Assembly (NCBI GenBank): GCA_028534125.1
Contig: CM052843.1
Location: 1,612,001-1,676,000, forward strand
From: Lama glama
Taxonomy: Eukaryota
DNA: 64,000 bases
Direction of reading: 5' to 3'
Positions 39,252-50,520 of this stretch are shown in pieces; the first letter of the stretch is position 1; every line of letters begins with the position of its first letter. The position numbers and the translations under genes were made by a program. Below the pieces are notes generated by a model. It searched no databases and had not been told where the DNA came from. It saw nothing but the letters and a program-made list of their open reading frames with translations.

Positions 39252-40603
39252 ATTTTATTATATTGAGGTATATTCCCTCTATACCTGCTTTGTTGAGATT
39301 TTTTATTATAGGCAGCTGTTGAATTTTGTCAGATCCATTTTTCTGCACCTGCTGAGGTCATCTTATGATTTTTTTCCTTCATTTTCTTAATGTGGTATAT
39401 CACAGTGACTGAATTGTGGATGTTGAATCATTTTTGCATCCCTGGAATAAATCCCACTTCATCATGGTGTGTGATATGTTTAATATATTGCTGAGTTCAG
39501 TTTGCTAATATTTTGTTGAATATTTTTATGTCTACATTCATCTGAGATAAATGCCTATAGCTTTCTTTTTAGTGGCATCCTTTTCTGGTTGTGGTATCAG
39601 GGTAATGCTGGCCTCATAAAATGTGTTTGGAAGAGTTACCTCCCTCTCCTGTNNNNNNNNNNNNNNNNNNNNNNNNNNNNNNNNNNNNNNNNNNNNNNNN
39701 NNNNNNNNNNNNNNNNNNNNNNNNNNNNNNNNNNNNNNNNNNNNNNNNNNNNNNNNNNNNNNNNNNNNNNNNNNNNNNNNNNNNNNNNNNNNTTGCTTGT
39801 AATCAGTTAGAATATCTCCTCTTTCATTTCTGATTTTATTAATTGTGTCCTTTTTTTTTCTTGGTGAATCTAACTAAAGGTTTGCCAATTTCATTTATTT
39901 TTTCAAAGAAACAGTGCTTATTCTCACTGATCTTTTCTATTGTCTTTTTAGTCTCTATCGTATTCACTTTCTGCCCTAGTATTTGTTATCCCCTTTCTTC
40001 TTTAACTTTGAGCTCTCTTTGTTTATTTGAGACTTCTTGTTTCTTGAAGTAGGCATTTATCAGTATGAACTTCCCTCCTAGAACTGCTTTTGCTGCATTC
40101 TACAAATTTTGGTATGTTACATTTACATTTTCATTTGTCTCAAGGTATTTTTGACCTGTTTTAATTTCTTCTTTGATGCATTGATTATTCCTTAGCATGT
40201 TGTTTAACATCCACATATTTATGAACTTTTCAATTTTCTTAGTGTAATTAACTTCTAATTTCATACCACTGAGTTCACAAAAGATGCCTGATATGATTTC
40301 AATTCTCTTAGATTTATTAAGATTTGTTTCGTAGCCTAACATATGATCTATCTTGGAAAATGTTCCATGTGCACTTGAGAAGAATGTGTATTCTGTTGCC
40401 TTTGGATGGAATGTTCTATATTTGTTAAGTTCATCTGCTCTAACATGTTGTTTAAGGGCGATGTTTCCTGTTTGATCTTCTTGTCTGGATGAGTTATGTA
40501 TTGATGTAAGTGGGGTATTAAAATCCGTTACTATTATCGTATTGCTGTCTATTTCTTTAGAATTGTTTCCTTGGACGTGCAATTAAGAATACAGACTGAA
40601 GAG

Positions 40604-43600
40604 GTTGTTGGCAATAGAAGTTTTGAATAGGAGGATTAGGAACAGGAAATGACATATCTGTCCTAATTAGACAGTGAATGGTGAAAATGTGTCTATTTTA
40701 AAGGAGCTACATATTTGATAGCTAATGGCACACAGGGGCAAAAAACTACAATTAAATTATCACCTACATTGCTTGGAATAAGATAGAATTGAAGGAAGGA
40801 TTTAAAGGACCAGTAGTTGCTACTACATATCTTTAAGAAAGACATTGGAATATCAAAGACCATGGGCTGAAGTCATTAATTTTAATAACACATGAAAGTT
40901 TAAAGAAATAAATTTGTAAGGCAAATTAATATTTTATTTGCTTAGGCATTTACTGAAAATTAAAGACTTTCTAAGAATATCTTAACTTTTGCAGCCACAG
41001 GTTTGAGCAAGCTTGAAACAAAACCCTCATTTAACCAATGTGTTGCCAAATTTCAATGCACAGCCTCAATAGGTCTCTTACATAAAATCTAGGGTTTGAG
41101 TTGGGAAAGAATAGAACTACAGTCATTGAAGTGAGAGAATTTATGGGATTCAAAGTACTTTAAAATTTCCAGTTCACTGTGAGCTTAAGTATTGTCCCCA
41201 AACTAATGAGGCTGTTTCTGCCTTGTTTAAAGACCCTGTGGTAACTTCTTCAGTGGAGTTACCTTGCAAAACAGAAGTTAATAAAATCATTGCCTCATTC
41301 TTAACTCATTTAATTATTTCCAGATCTAAAAGTTAGAGTCATATTCCAACATGCCCTGAGGAGGAATTAATTAATTATAATGTCAAATATTGGAGGAAAC
41401 AACTTAAATAACAAAATTTAGCTAGTTTGTGTCAGCTATGGTCTAGGGATTTGTATAGGGAAGGATTCTGAAGGTGTTCAACAACAAAAAATATATTTCT
41501 TAATTGGCTAAGTTTATCAGTATGGATTTAATTACTAGAGATTCCATAGCAAATGAGCTAGGTGAAGAAGCAGGGAATATTGTAAAGCTAGAATCAGTAT
41601 TGGTTCCCATAAATTGCAGATGAGATACTAAACGTTCCTTGATAATATAAAGAAGAAGGCTCCAAAGACTTAGTGAGATGAAATGGGGTGAATATACCAC
41701 AAATAACTCATTCAGCTACATCCAGTCATATTCCCAGATGACGCCCCAGAAGGCAGTCCCTGTGATGGGGAGAGGAACATTATTCACTTTGAAAAAATCC
41801 TTTACTGGTTGTTCTCTGCTATGCAGGGATGCTACTGGAGAAATTGCAGACAAGAAGGCTTACTATTTCAATGAGAATTACATTAATATTTCAGTGTTAG
41901 ATTCCAAGAATGGAAAAGCCCAAGTAACAATAATTGACCATTAGAGGCAAGGGATGTGTGGTTACCATTACACCTGGTTAGTGGATCTAACCAACACAGA
42001 AGAGCATCCCACAAAGTTTCATCTGAATTGCAGAACTGATAAAAATAATAAATTGAGTGAACAGAGGCCTGACTCCAACCACCTGAAAACAGAGTCAGAG
42101 CTTTCTCAGTGGACCTAAGTCAGTTCTCAGACTTGAATCAGTTCATGGACTCAACGTCTATTGAAATAAAAAAGAAACACTTAGTCATTTTAGAGGAGGA
42201 ACATTTTAATATTATCACAGTTGTGACAGTAAATTTTTCCTCTAATCTTTCCTAAAAGGATCTGTGGCCATTGCCAGAGTAATTATGTTCCACAGTGAGA
42301 TAATTAGCCAGACTTTTTAGAGATATTTTTACACTGACTTTGCACTAACTCTAATTCCTAAAGACCTGAATAGCAACTCTGGTCTTCTAGGCAGGTGTCT
42401 TATGGAAGGAGTTTTTGATTCAATGTAGCCCCAGTAGAATCCTAATATATGCTATGGTCATTTCCCTAATCAATTAGGAACATTACATTTAGCCTCTGTT
42501 AGAGTCTTTATCTTCAGTATTCATTTAAATAAAGAATGATTATAGTAACTAGGACAAATGGAAGCCCCCAGGACTCCTTCCTCATAAGAAAATTAAAACT
42601 ACTTCCCTTGGATAATGCAAAATATGTTAGGGCCATCATCAAAGATTTGAAAAATTCAAAGATTATTTTTGCTACTACATAACCATTTAATTCCTCACTT
42701 CATCCAGTAAAGAATATGAATGGGTTCTGGAGAATGATGATGGATTATTGTAATGATGGTCAGATGGTGATTTAAATTGTCATGGGTGTTTCAGATGCGA
42801 TCTCTTTACTGGAATACATTGTACAGGCTCTGTCACTTGACTTGCAGCTACTCATCTGACAGATGATTTAAAAAAAAAAAATGATCCCAATTAGCACACA
42901 GTGTCTTCTTCAGTTTTTTTACTTGGCAAGGATAGCAGTACACCTTTGCCATATTGCACCATGCTATGTCAAATCTGTGTTATAATTAGTTTGAAGGGAA
43001 ATAAATCATTCTTACCCTTACATAGAATTCTTGTCTGCCACCTACGCTGATGACAGTGTGCTGATAGAATCTGGATAGGACGAGCTGGGAGATGCACAGG
43101 CATGCATGCCAGCATACGGAAAAGGAATGTCACAAAGAGGTTTAGCCAATCCAAAGAAATATCTAGGTGTCTAATTATTTAGAACAAGCTAGAATATTTC
43201 CTGCAAATTAGTAACATAAATTAGCAATAACAAATTATTAGTACCCTGCAGACACTACCATCAAGAAAGCATCACATGAACTGTTTTGGAAATGCCCTCC
43301 AACTTACTCAATGGTGTAAGGCTGCTAGATTTGAGTGGGGCTCACAGAAAGAGGTATTTGCCCATAGCGTAAACAATTTGTCTGGCTGTCATTAACCAGC
43401 GTATCTACTTATGTTTTAAATGTGGTGGATTCAACACAAAACAGTCCATCCTAAGAGAAATCTTTAGAGCTCTGGAACAGAATCATGCTCTTAACATCAA
43501 GTAACTATTCTGATTTTGAAAACTGACTCTTGACTTGCTACTGTACCCTATTAAATACTGAATCACCAACCACACGTTTCTACGAACTGAATCAAAGTTA

Positions 43601-43720
43601 AGCATGCCAGTAGGTCTCCATTATCAGGTAGAAATGGTATATTCTGGATGAGGTCGACGCAAGTCCTGATACACAAGTTGCATTAAAAAGTAATGCAAAT
43701 CCTTGATTTACCTAGACCTG
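40604..43720 (+). mobile_element. Decayed ERVL internal region (gag-pro-pol: RT and RNaseH-proximal part)
   Basis: gag: agaagaaggctccaaagacttagtgagat, agaggcaagggatgtgtggttaccat. Protease: aaggatctgtggccatt..cagactttttagagata..acactgac..taattcctaaagacc. RT: gccatcatcaaagatttgaaa, ccatttaattc, tgggttctggagaatgatgatggattattgtaa (GSWRMTVDY-like). Later pol: taactattctgattttgaaaactgactcttgacttgctactg, tccattatcaggtagaaatggtatat. Confidence 0.85.
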
Positions 43721-44199
43721 CTGCAAGGTCCAACTCAGGAGTGCCCTTGTAGGAGAGCAGGGAAAAGAAATTCTTGAAGTGATGAAGCTTCACTTTGCCT
43801 GGAAGGAGAAACACCGAAGTGTCTACCCTGATGCACAGATGGTGGCTAATAGTTTTACTGAATGATCTGGGAGTTGAAGGGGACAAGCTTGGAATCACAG
43901 TAACCAATTTGCCAGTGGATATTCTTCCCTGTCTCAGTTTTTACAAACAGAGTAGTCTTTTTTTACAGCAATGCTTTCTCATGACTAATATCATTATCAA
44001 CTTAACTGAAGGCATTGCGCATGGCCTGAATTTTCTGGCTGTAAAATATTATGAGAATTTAGCCATAAGAACTTTTTTTTCCCTGAAAGATATAAGAGAT
44101 GTAACATTGTCAGCTGTCTTACTATTAGGTATCCAAGTATTTAAACTAGAAGCAAAGCTACTAAAATATTTTAGCGAATAGTATCACTTACACTAAGAA

Positions 44200-44360
44200 G
44201 GGTGGTACGACGTGGTGAGTAGAGCTGGACAGCAGCCCAGTGAATCACTGGCTAAATTTTGGGAACCAAGCAGATCATCTCCCTGACCCTTCTGTCCTCT
44301 GGCTATAAAAATCATTGTTTGTACTAGTCTTTTTCTATTCCAGGACTCTAAAGATGATTG
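44200..44360 (+). mobile_element. MIR/MIR3 fragment
   Basis: gacgtggtgagtagagctggac ... tcatctccctgacccttctgtcctctggctataaaa ... ccaggactctaaagat. Confidence 0.45.
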
Positions 44361-44505
44361 AAATGAGAGGATTATTAAGATAACAAGGTTTCGTTAAAAA
44401 AAACAGCAGTTCATTTGGAGCTATTTTGGAGGTAAAAGAGTTTCATCTCTTGATCATGTATTTTAGAAATGAATTTTATATCATGCATCCTTTACTATAA
44501 TATTG

Positions 44506-44654
44506 CAGTGTTTCTCAAAGATGGCTGATTGTCATGGACATTTAAGTCACTGCGTGGCCATACAGATTCCTGAGTTCCACTTCAGACTTGCTGAATTAAA
44601 TTTAACAAACACTTCAAATATTTTTGATGCTTGGCCATGGTTTGGAAGCACAGC
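44506..44654. mobile_element. MER5-like hAT-Charlie MITE
   Basis: cagtgtttctcaaag ... atacagattcctgagttccacttcagacttgctgaatt ... ggtttggaagcacag. Confidence 0.7.
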
Positions 44655-44789
44655 CATTTGCCATTTCTAGCTAATTCTTTCCTGAGAATATTCTTTGCTT
44701 AGCCAACAGAAATCTTTCCTTTCCTGGGAATAGGGGCCACATGAGACATTCCTATAATTTCCCATAATGCCTAGCCTAAGTTTGACGAT

Positions 44790-45300
44790 ACAATTGACAG
44801 TGTGTGTATGCATGTAATTAATCTAATGAACAAAGATTGCAGAATGAAGAGGCAATCCAGAGTATATTTTCTTCTAAATAAAAGACTTTCTGTATATTTG
44901 ACAGCTGGAAATGTTCCAGTTTGAATTTGTTTGTGGCTGTGAATTATTCAATATACTGACAGTGACGTTGGAGTCGAAACTCATTCATTCTTCCCTTAGT
45001 CACGAGGTGAAACACCTTATAAAGAGCATATTTAATTGCCCAGATGTTTGTGTAAAATTACTGTCATTAATCACAGTATTGATTACGCTTCTCCTGTTTT
45101 CCAGCAGCATTCTATTTTTAAACAGTCTCCTGAAGTGACAGACTGAGGCAGCCTTATTATCCATGAGTTTCTCGTTTGCAATCTAATTGATAGATAAAAA
45201 AATTCATTGCACACCATTTAAATCTGCTGCTTGTGTTGAAAAGGTAGTTATTTTTGTCACTTCCTGTTTGCCATAAAGCATGTTCTATGTTGCGGCTTCC
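44790..45300. promoter_or_regulatory. Candidate enhancer (MEIS/TALE + homeobox + ETS motif cluster)
   Basis: Five TGACAG/CTGTCA sites in ~350 bp, several TAAT cores, ACTTCCTGTTT and CCATAAA; non-repetitive. Motif-based only. Confidence 0.4.
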
Positions 45301-45453
45301 ATAACTGGGCCACTTTTTCTCAAGTCAGCATCTTCCTACACGTAGGATTGGCCCTCAGCACAACTGTGCTTTTGCGGCTCCCTCCCAGCTCACTTGTCAG
45401 CACACCTCCTTATCCTGCCTGTTTCCTGCCCTTCAAACTGTTGGCTTCTAGAC

Positions 45454-45590
45454 TGTGTTCAGTTTCGAAGATCTGAGCTATCGATTAGCTTAGCTTAAAA
45501 TGCAGATACCTGTACATCCCCTAGAGGTATCTGCATTTTGATAGCAATCTTGAAAATCAATACACATTCAGCCTCAAGACTGGGACACAT
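45454..45590. mobile_element. MER5-like fold-back MITE remnant with a perfect 15 bp internal inverted repeat
   Basis: AAAATGCAGATACCT (45497-45511) / AGGTATCTGCATTTT (45525-45539); imperfect outer arms tgtgttcagttt / agactgggacaca. Confidence 0.6.
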
Positions 45591-45694
45591 TCATGGAGTT
45601 AAAAATGTTTAAAAATCATTGAGAGATTTCTACCTTTTAGACCAAGTGAATTACTTTTGGTGTACCACAGGTTAGCAGTTGGCGTGAAATGGTG

Positions 45695-45785
45695 TCTTTC
45701 TGGGCCTCAGTTCCCAAACTTGTAAAATGAAGTTCTTGAACTAGATTATTCAAAGCTACTTCCAGCCCCCAGATTTCAAGGTCTT
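45695..45785 (+). mobile_element. MIR3 fragment
   Basis: tctgggcctcagttcccaaacttgtaaaatgaag..gaactagattattcaaagctacttccagc. Confidence 0.7.
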
Positions 45786-46214
45786 AAGAAGGTAAGTTGA
45801 TTTCTCGGGGCTCGTGTGGGACATGGTCATGCAAGACCAGGTCTTAGTCATCTCTAGTTTAAAAGAGGGGACTGGTTAATACAATCTGGGCACCAGAATC
45901 TTGATAACATTTGACATTTAAATTTCTTTGGTTCTAGCATCCATATTCAATTATATGTAAAGGACTTTATAATGACAACAAAAACAATTAGGTAAGAGTG
46001 AATAAAGCCCTTTCTGCTAGAAAGCACGTCGTACTGTTCATGAAAAGCTAACTTAAACAATATACACATCAAATATACACTTGAAACCAAAACAAAAAGA
46101 TAGCCATATATGTATACACACCAGATTTATATGATTTTTAGTTTGTTTCTTGTATTAACTAAAATCTCTCTTCTCTGTAGTGAATGAAGAAAACTCAAAA
46201 ATCAGGTTTTGCTA

Positions 46215-46730
46215 GTCATGCCCCACCCATAACAATTATGGGGCGTGGGCCAAAAATACAAAGGGAGGCCCACATACCAAACAGCTAAATATTAATCATG
46301 ATAAGCCAAGCCAAGACTAAATGCATTCGACTCTTCTCCCTTGATAAACAGACCTCTAGAATTCTCAGACTTCTGCCCCACGTTGGGGTAGAGGAGACGC
46401 AGTGCGTGAATGCAGGCCAGGCCCATGACCGCCGCATTTCTCTTTCCATCCCTGGCTTGATCCTGCATCTCAAGCAGCCACACATCCAAACTCCTTCCAC
46501 CAGCTCACCAACTGATGGCTACTCCCTGCGAGCCTCGATGGTACGGTCTACACTCACACGGACAAACCCACACAGGCTCTGGGAGCAGGATCAGAGTTAT
46601 TTGGGTAGAGAATTCCAGGGCCCCAGGTGCCCGAGAGTGTGTGTGTGTGTGTCACCTTCAGGTGGGCACAACCACCCAGTCTTGTCCATTCCACACCTTG
46701 TGAGGAGGGGCACCGTCAGAAGCGCTCTAA
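46215..46730 (+). mobile_element. MER45B-like hAT-Tip100 DNA transposon
   Basis: aattatggggcgtgggccaaaaatacaaagggaggcccacataccaaacagctaaatatt; acacaggctctgggagcaggatcagagttatttgggtagagaattccagggccccaggtgcccgagagtgtg. Confidence 0.75.
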
Positions 46731-47100
46731 AGCAGGAGCCTAAGAGAGAGACCTCACGTCTCAGGTCTGGGAGTCAGACTGGATGTGGCTAAAGGACTGT
46801 TTGCTCCATCCCTACTCCAATGCTCTTCCGCTTTCGTTACTATGTTTCTATGTTGCCTGCTGATCCATTTTCCGGTTCTTTCCATAGCCATGATGGATGT
46901 AACTGAATGGTCTTTTTCTTGTCTTAGAACTTTTCATCTCTCTCTCTTTCTCTTTGTACATGTTCATTGTTTAATCATAACTCCCCTACGTGTTTATAGC
47001 TTTTCCGATTTTCTATGCTACAGTTGCCTGGAAGGCTTGAGATACAGGCTCAGAACTTCTCCAAAACGCCTGCTGCAAGTCAGCTGTCAGAGTAATTTTC

Positions 47101-47882
47101 CTCTGTTCCGCTCACTGTGGGGGTAGGAAGGGTTTACGCAAGAGTGCTTTAGGACTGGAAAAAAGCAATGCCTATGTTGTCTGTCAACTAAAATTCTTCT
47201 CCACGCCAAAAATCATTGTTTGGTACATCTTGTGTCTAACAATCAGATGCTTTTTCCCTGTTTTTCTTTCAGAGTTTTGCAATTTAACCCTTCCAAGGCT
47301 ACTTACGTGAATTACATTTACAAATTAAATGCTACTGTTAATTCCATGTTAATAAAAATTTTCAAGGCTCTGTCTACTCTGATCACATCATCTACCTGGG
47401 GCAGAAATACTCTTTTTAAAGAAAAATAATTAATACTTTCTATAAAACAGAGTATTTCTAGCATCTAATTAAAGAAAAAAATATACTGATCTCTAATTCT
47501 CACTCATGGTCAGAAACAGTTTTTATTTTTTAAATTAAATTTCTTTAAAATTATTTTAAAATGTCCATTAAAGGTGAACAAAAGAAGCATATTTTATTTT
47601 AAGGGGGGGCTTATTTTGTAGACTTTTAATTACAGAAAGGAGAAACTATTTTGGCTTACATTTCCACAATGTCAGTACAATACAGTATCATAGTTAATGT
47701 TAATAATAAGAGCCATTAATATTTCAGTCCCATGGACTTTGCTAAAAATAAGGAGCATCCATACTTTTGATATCTGATGTCAGAAATAGCAGAACAATTG
47801 GTGTCTCTGTCGCTCACTGTGGTGGTGGGAAGGGTTTATATACAGTGCTCTAGTCTCTGGGCTGGAAGAGAACAAACCTGTG
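47101..47882 (+). repeat. Pair of ~78 bp diverged direct repeats (47101-47176 and 47805-47882)
   Basis: Shared core CGCTCACTGTGG(G/T)GGT(A/G)GGAAGGGTTTA, then agtgct(t/c)tag and ctggaa. Confidence 0.8.
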
Positions 47883-48929
47883 GATTCCTTCCTTTGACAA
47901 ATTGATTAAACAATTTCCACTTGAATTTTCGCATAGTCCTTATCTCTCCAGAACTCCAGTGGAAGGTTTTTCTAGTGTTGGGGTCAAATACGCTCTTGTA
48001 ACTGGCTCCTAAGCAAAAAGGCTAATAGTCACAGACAGCTTATGAAATCTAGAATGTTCACGCTGAATTGCATTGCTAATTTGAATGATTAGGGCAATGT
48101 CAAGGGGAGGATTCCAGGAAACTTAGAAAAATCTCTGGTAGCTAAAAATGATTTGCATGCGTTGGAGAAAAATATGATGAATATTGTTCTATGCTGATTC
48201 CTGATTTTCAGGCTTTCCAGGATTTAAAGAAACAGAAATCTGCAGATGCTGCTTCACTCAGCTGGCTCAGGGCAAGTTTACGGAAACAAGTATGAGAAAA
48301 ATTGTTGTGCGTTGTACACGAAATGAAAGCAAGAGAAACTATGATGTGTATTATTTGAGTTATATAGTTCAATTTTTAGAACAGAACTCTGTATTTGCTC
48401 TATAGAAAGTGGGGGAAGTTTTCAAATTGATATGTGAAAAGGATGCTCTGGAACATGATCACTTCAGAGTTACTAGAAATAGACATGTCAGTTCTGAACC
48501 TATTCACTATGCCTCTCATCAAGGCCAAGAAACAAATTAAAAAAAAAAAAGTACTGCCTATCATGTTGTTAGACCTAGAAGAAAAAAAATGTGAGCTGCA
48601 ATATTTTGTCAGATCTGAGCACATAAAGTAACTTCTGTCTTGATAATTTGTTTAACTTCAGGGAGAATGAATAGTAATAGGGGGCATTGAATTAGCATAA
48701 TTGATTGCAGACTGGTGAACAGAGGGTGTACCTGTAGGGTGGACGGGGCTTGAACAGTAAGTTTTAACATCAGTGATTTTGAATATGGACTTTTAGAATC
48801 AGAGAAATCTAAGATCAAGTTTAAGTTCCTTTACTTAATAGCTGGGCAAATTTGGAAAGAGAAGAATGTACTACAGGTAGATACATTTATCATTATAAAT
48901 TCATAGATTAAAATCCATTGAAAATATAT

Positions 48930-49053
48930 CTTGTGATAGGCAGATATGAAAATACATTTAGATATGGGCCTGTATATGTATATACAGCTACATATATCCT
49001 AACTCTGTTAACTAAGAGGACCTAAAACAAATGACCTTCTAGCAGCAATGAAA
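48930..49053 (+). mobile_element. L1MC/L1MD 3'-region fragment
   Basis: tcctaactctgttaactaagaggacctaaaacaaatgaccttctagcagcaatga. Confidence 0.6.
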
Positions 49054-49553
49054 NNNNNNNNNNNNNNNNNNNNNNNNNNNNNNNNNNNNNNNNNNNNNNN
49101 NNNNNNNNNNNNNNNNNNNNNNNNNNNNNNNNNNNNNNNNNNNNNNNNNNNNNNNNNNNNNNNNNNNNNNNNNNNNNNNNNNNNNNNNNNNNNNNNNNNN
49201 NNNNNNNNNNNNNNNNNNNNNNNNNNNNNNNNNNNNNNNNNNNNNNNNNNNNNNNNNNNNNNNNNNNNNNNNNNNNNNNNNNNNNNNNNNNNNNNNNNNN
49301 NNNNNNNNNNNNNNNNNNNNNNNNNNNNNNNNNNNNNNNNNNNNNNNNNNNNNNNNNNNNNNNNNNNNNNNNNNNNNNNNNNNNNNNNNNNNNNNNNNNN
49401 NNNNNNNNNNNNNNNNNNNNNNNNNNNNNNNNNNNNNNNNNNNNNNNNNNNNNNNNNNNNNNNNNNNNNNNNNNNNNNNNNNNNNNNNNNNNNNNNNNNN
49501 NNNNNNNNNNNNNNNNNNNNNNNNNNNNNNNNNNNNNNNNNNNNNNNNNNNNN
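49054..49553. other. Round 500-N run, probably a scaffold gap placeholder
   Basis: Exactly 500 N, with unrelated repeats on each side. Confidence 0.7.
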
Positions 49554-49851
49554 ACTGATTTATTTGCTTCTGGAAGCCACTTGCATTTTTTGGCTGATGC
49601 CTCTTTCCTTCATCTTCAAAGCCAGCATCTTAACATGGTCAGATCTCTTTCACTGGCTCTAAATCTACTGCCTCCCTCTTATAAGAACTCTTGTGATTGG
49701 TCCCCTGAGATAAGTGACGGTCTTCTCCCTCATCCAAAGACCCTTAACTTGATCACGTTTGTAAATACCTTTTTGCTAAATCAAGTGAGACATTCTCAGC
49801 TCCAGGGACCAGGTGGTGGGCCCCCGTTGGTGACCATTTTCAGCCTACTGA
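49554..49851 (-). mobile_element. MLT1 (MaLR) LTR, MLT1C/D-like
   Basis: gcttctggaagccacttgcatt, tccttcatcttcaaagccagca, cttataagaactcttgtgatt, ccttaacttgatcac, ccattttcagcctac. Confidence 0.85.
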
Positions 49852-50349
49852 ACCTCCCCAAAAGTACTTATGAGGAAAATGACTGATAACCACCCTGTCT
49901 TCCCTTTACAGTCTTCCGCGTAGACTCCCTACGGTCACAAGTAGCTACTGACACAAAAAGTAAAACCCAAAGACACATCTCTTTTGAAATGGAGAACTAA
50001 GAAAATAAATAATGCAGTCAATCAGAGCAGAGGGGCTTTGGAACTGAAATATTTGGATCCTAATCCAATATGTTACTAGATGAGCAAGCAAGTCGAATTT
50101 CTAGTTGATGAATGAGCAGGCAAATTAAAACAAGATAACAAAAAGGCTCTATCTTATATCAATTCTCCAAATCTCCTGCACCTAATTCTTGAAGAGTTTA
50201 CCTCATACTCCTTTCTAAAATACCTTTTCCTCAGGCCCAAGAAACCTCTTGTTGACATACTATCTGAAACATACTCAAAAGTCACCCAAGAAAAGAAAAC
50301 ACACCCTTATCTCTCCTGACCCCCTCCTTTCAACCGAGGCTTCTACTAT

Positions 50350-50520
50350 TGGTCCTGACTTGGCCACTTAATCAAAGAGACTTCAGGCAAGCCATGTAAT
50401 TCTCTGAGCCTCGATTTTCCTATTTCTGAAATGGGCACAATACTTCTTACGTCAATAGAGTTTTGAGGGCTTTAAGTGAGATCATGCATGAAGACCATCT
50501 AGTACGTATTAAATGGTAGG
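50350..50520 (+). mobile_element. MIR SINE
   Basis: ggcaagccatgtaattctctgagcctcgattttcctatttctgaaatggg...gagggctttaagtgagatcatgcatg. Confidence 0.8.

Larger units (their letters stand above)
35259..40560 (-). mobile_element. L1 (L1MA-like), 5'-truncated in the ORF2 endonuclease domain, with internal deletions and two insertions
   Basis: L1 3' UTR at 35310-35620. ORF2 remnants, including ORF 40100-40582 (IIVTDFNTPLT, YTFFSSAHGTFSKIDHMLG = APE endonuclease) and LSLFADGM (RT FADDM motif, ORF 39071-39253). Confidence 0.93.

Noticed and set aside
40100-40582. 160 aa ORF as a host gene or domesticated endonuclease
   Set aside because: It is L1 ORF2 endonuclease sequence with an internal frameshifted stretch and altered catalytic motifs (GDFN to TDFN, SDH lost).
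35231-40590. TSD for the older L1 (ttgtttttgg..caatt on both sides)
   Set aside because: The match needs several indels and is better explained as two consecutive parts of a split LTR; the TSD is unresolved.
43795-44181. 128 aa ORF after the ERVL pol remnant (possible integrase/env)
   Set aside because: No HHCC, DDE or env motifs; non-ATG start.
46298-46792. 164 aa ORF
   Set aside because: Lies largely within a MER45B-like element and a TG repeat; no protein family resemblance.
49048-49662. Long ORFs spanning N-runs (also 1156-1554, 19447-19953, 36381-37001)
   Set aside because: Artefacts of N translating as X with no stops.
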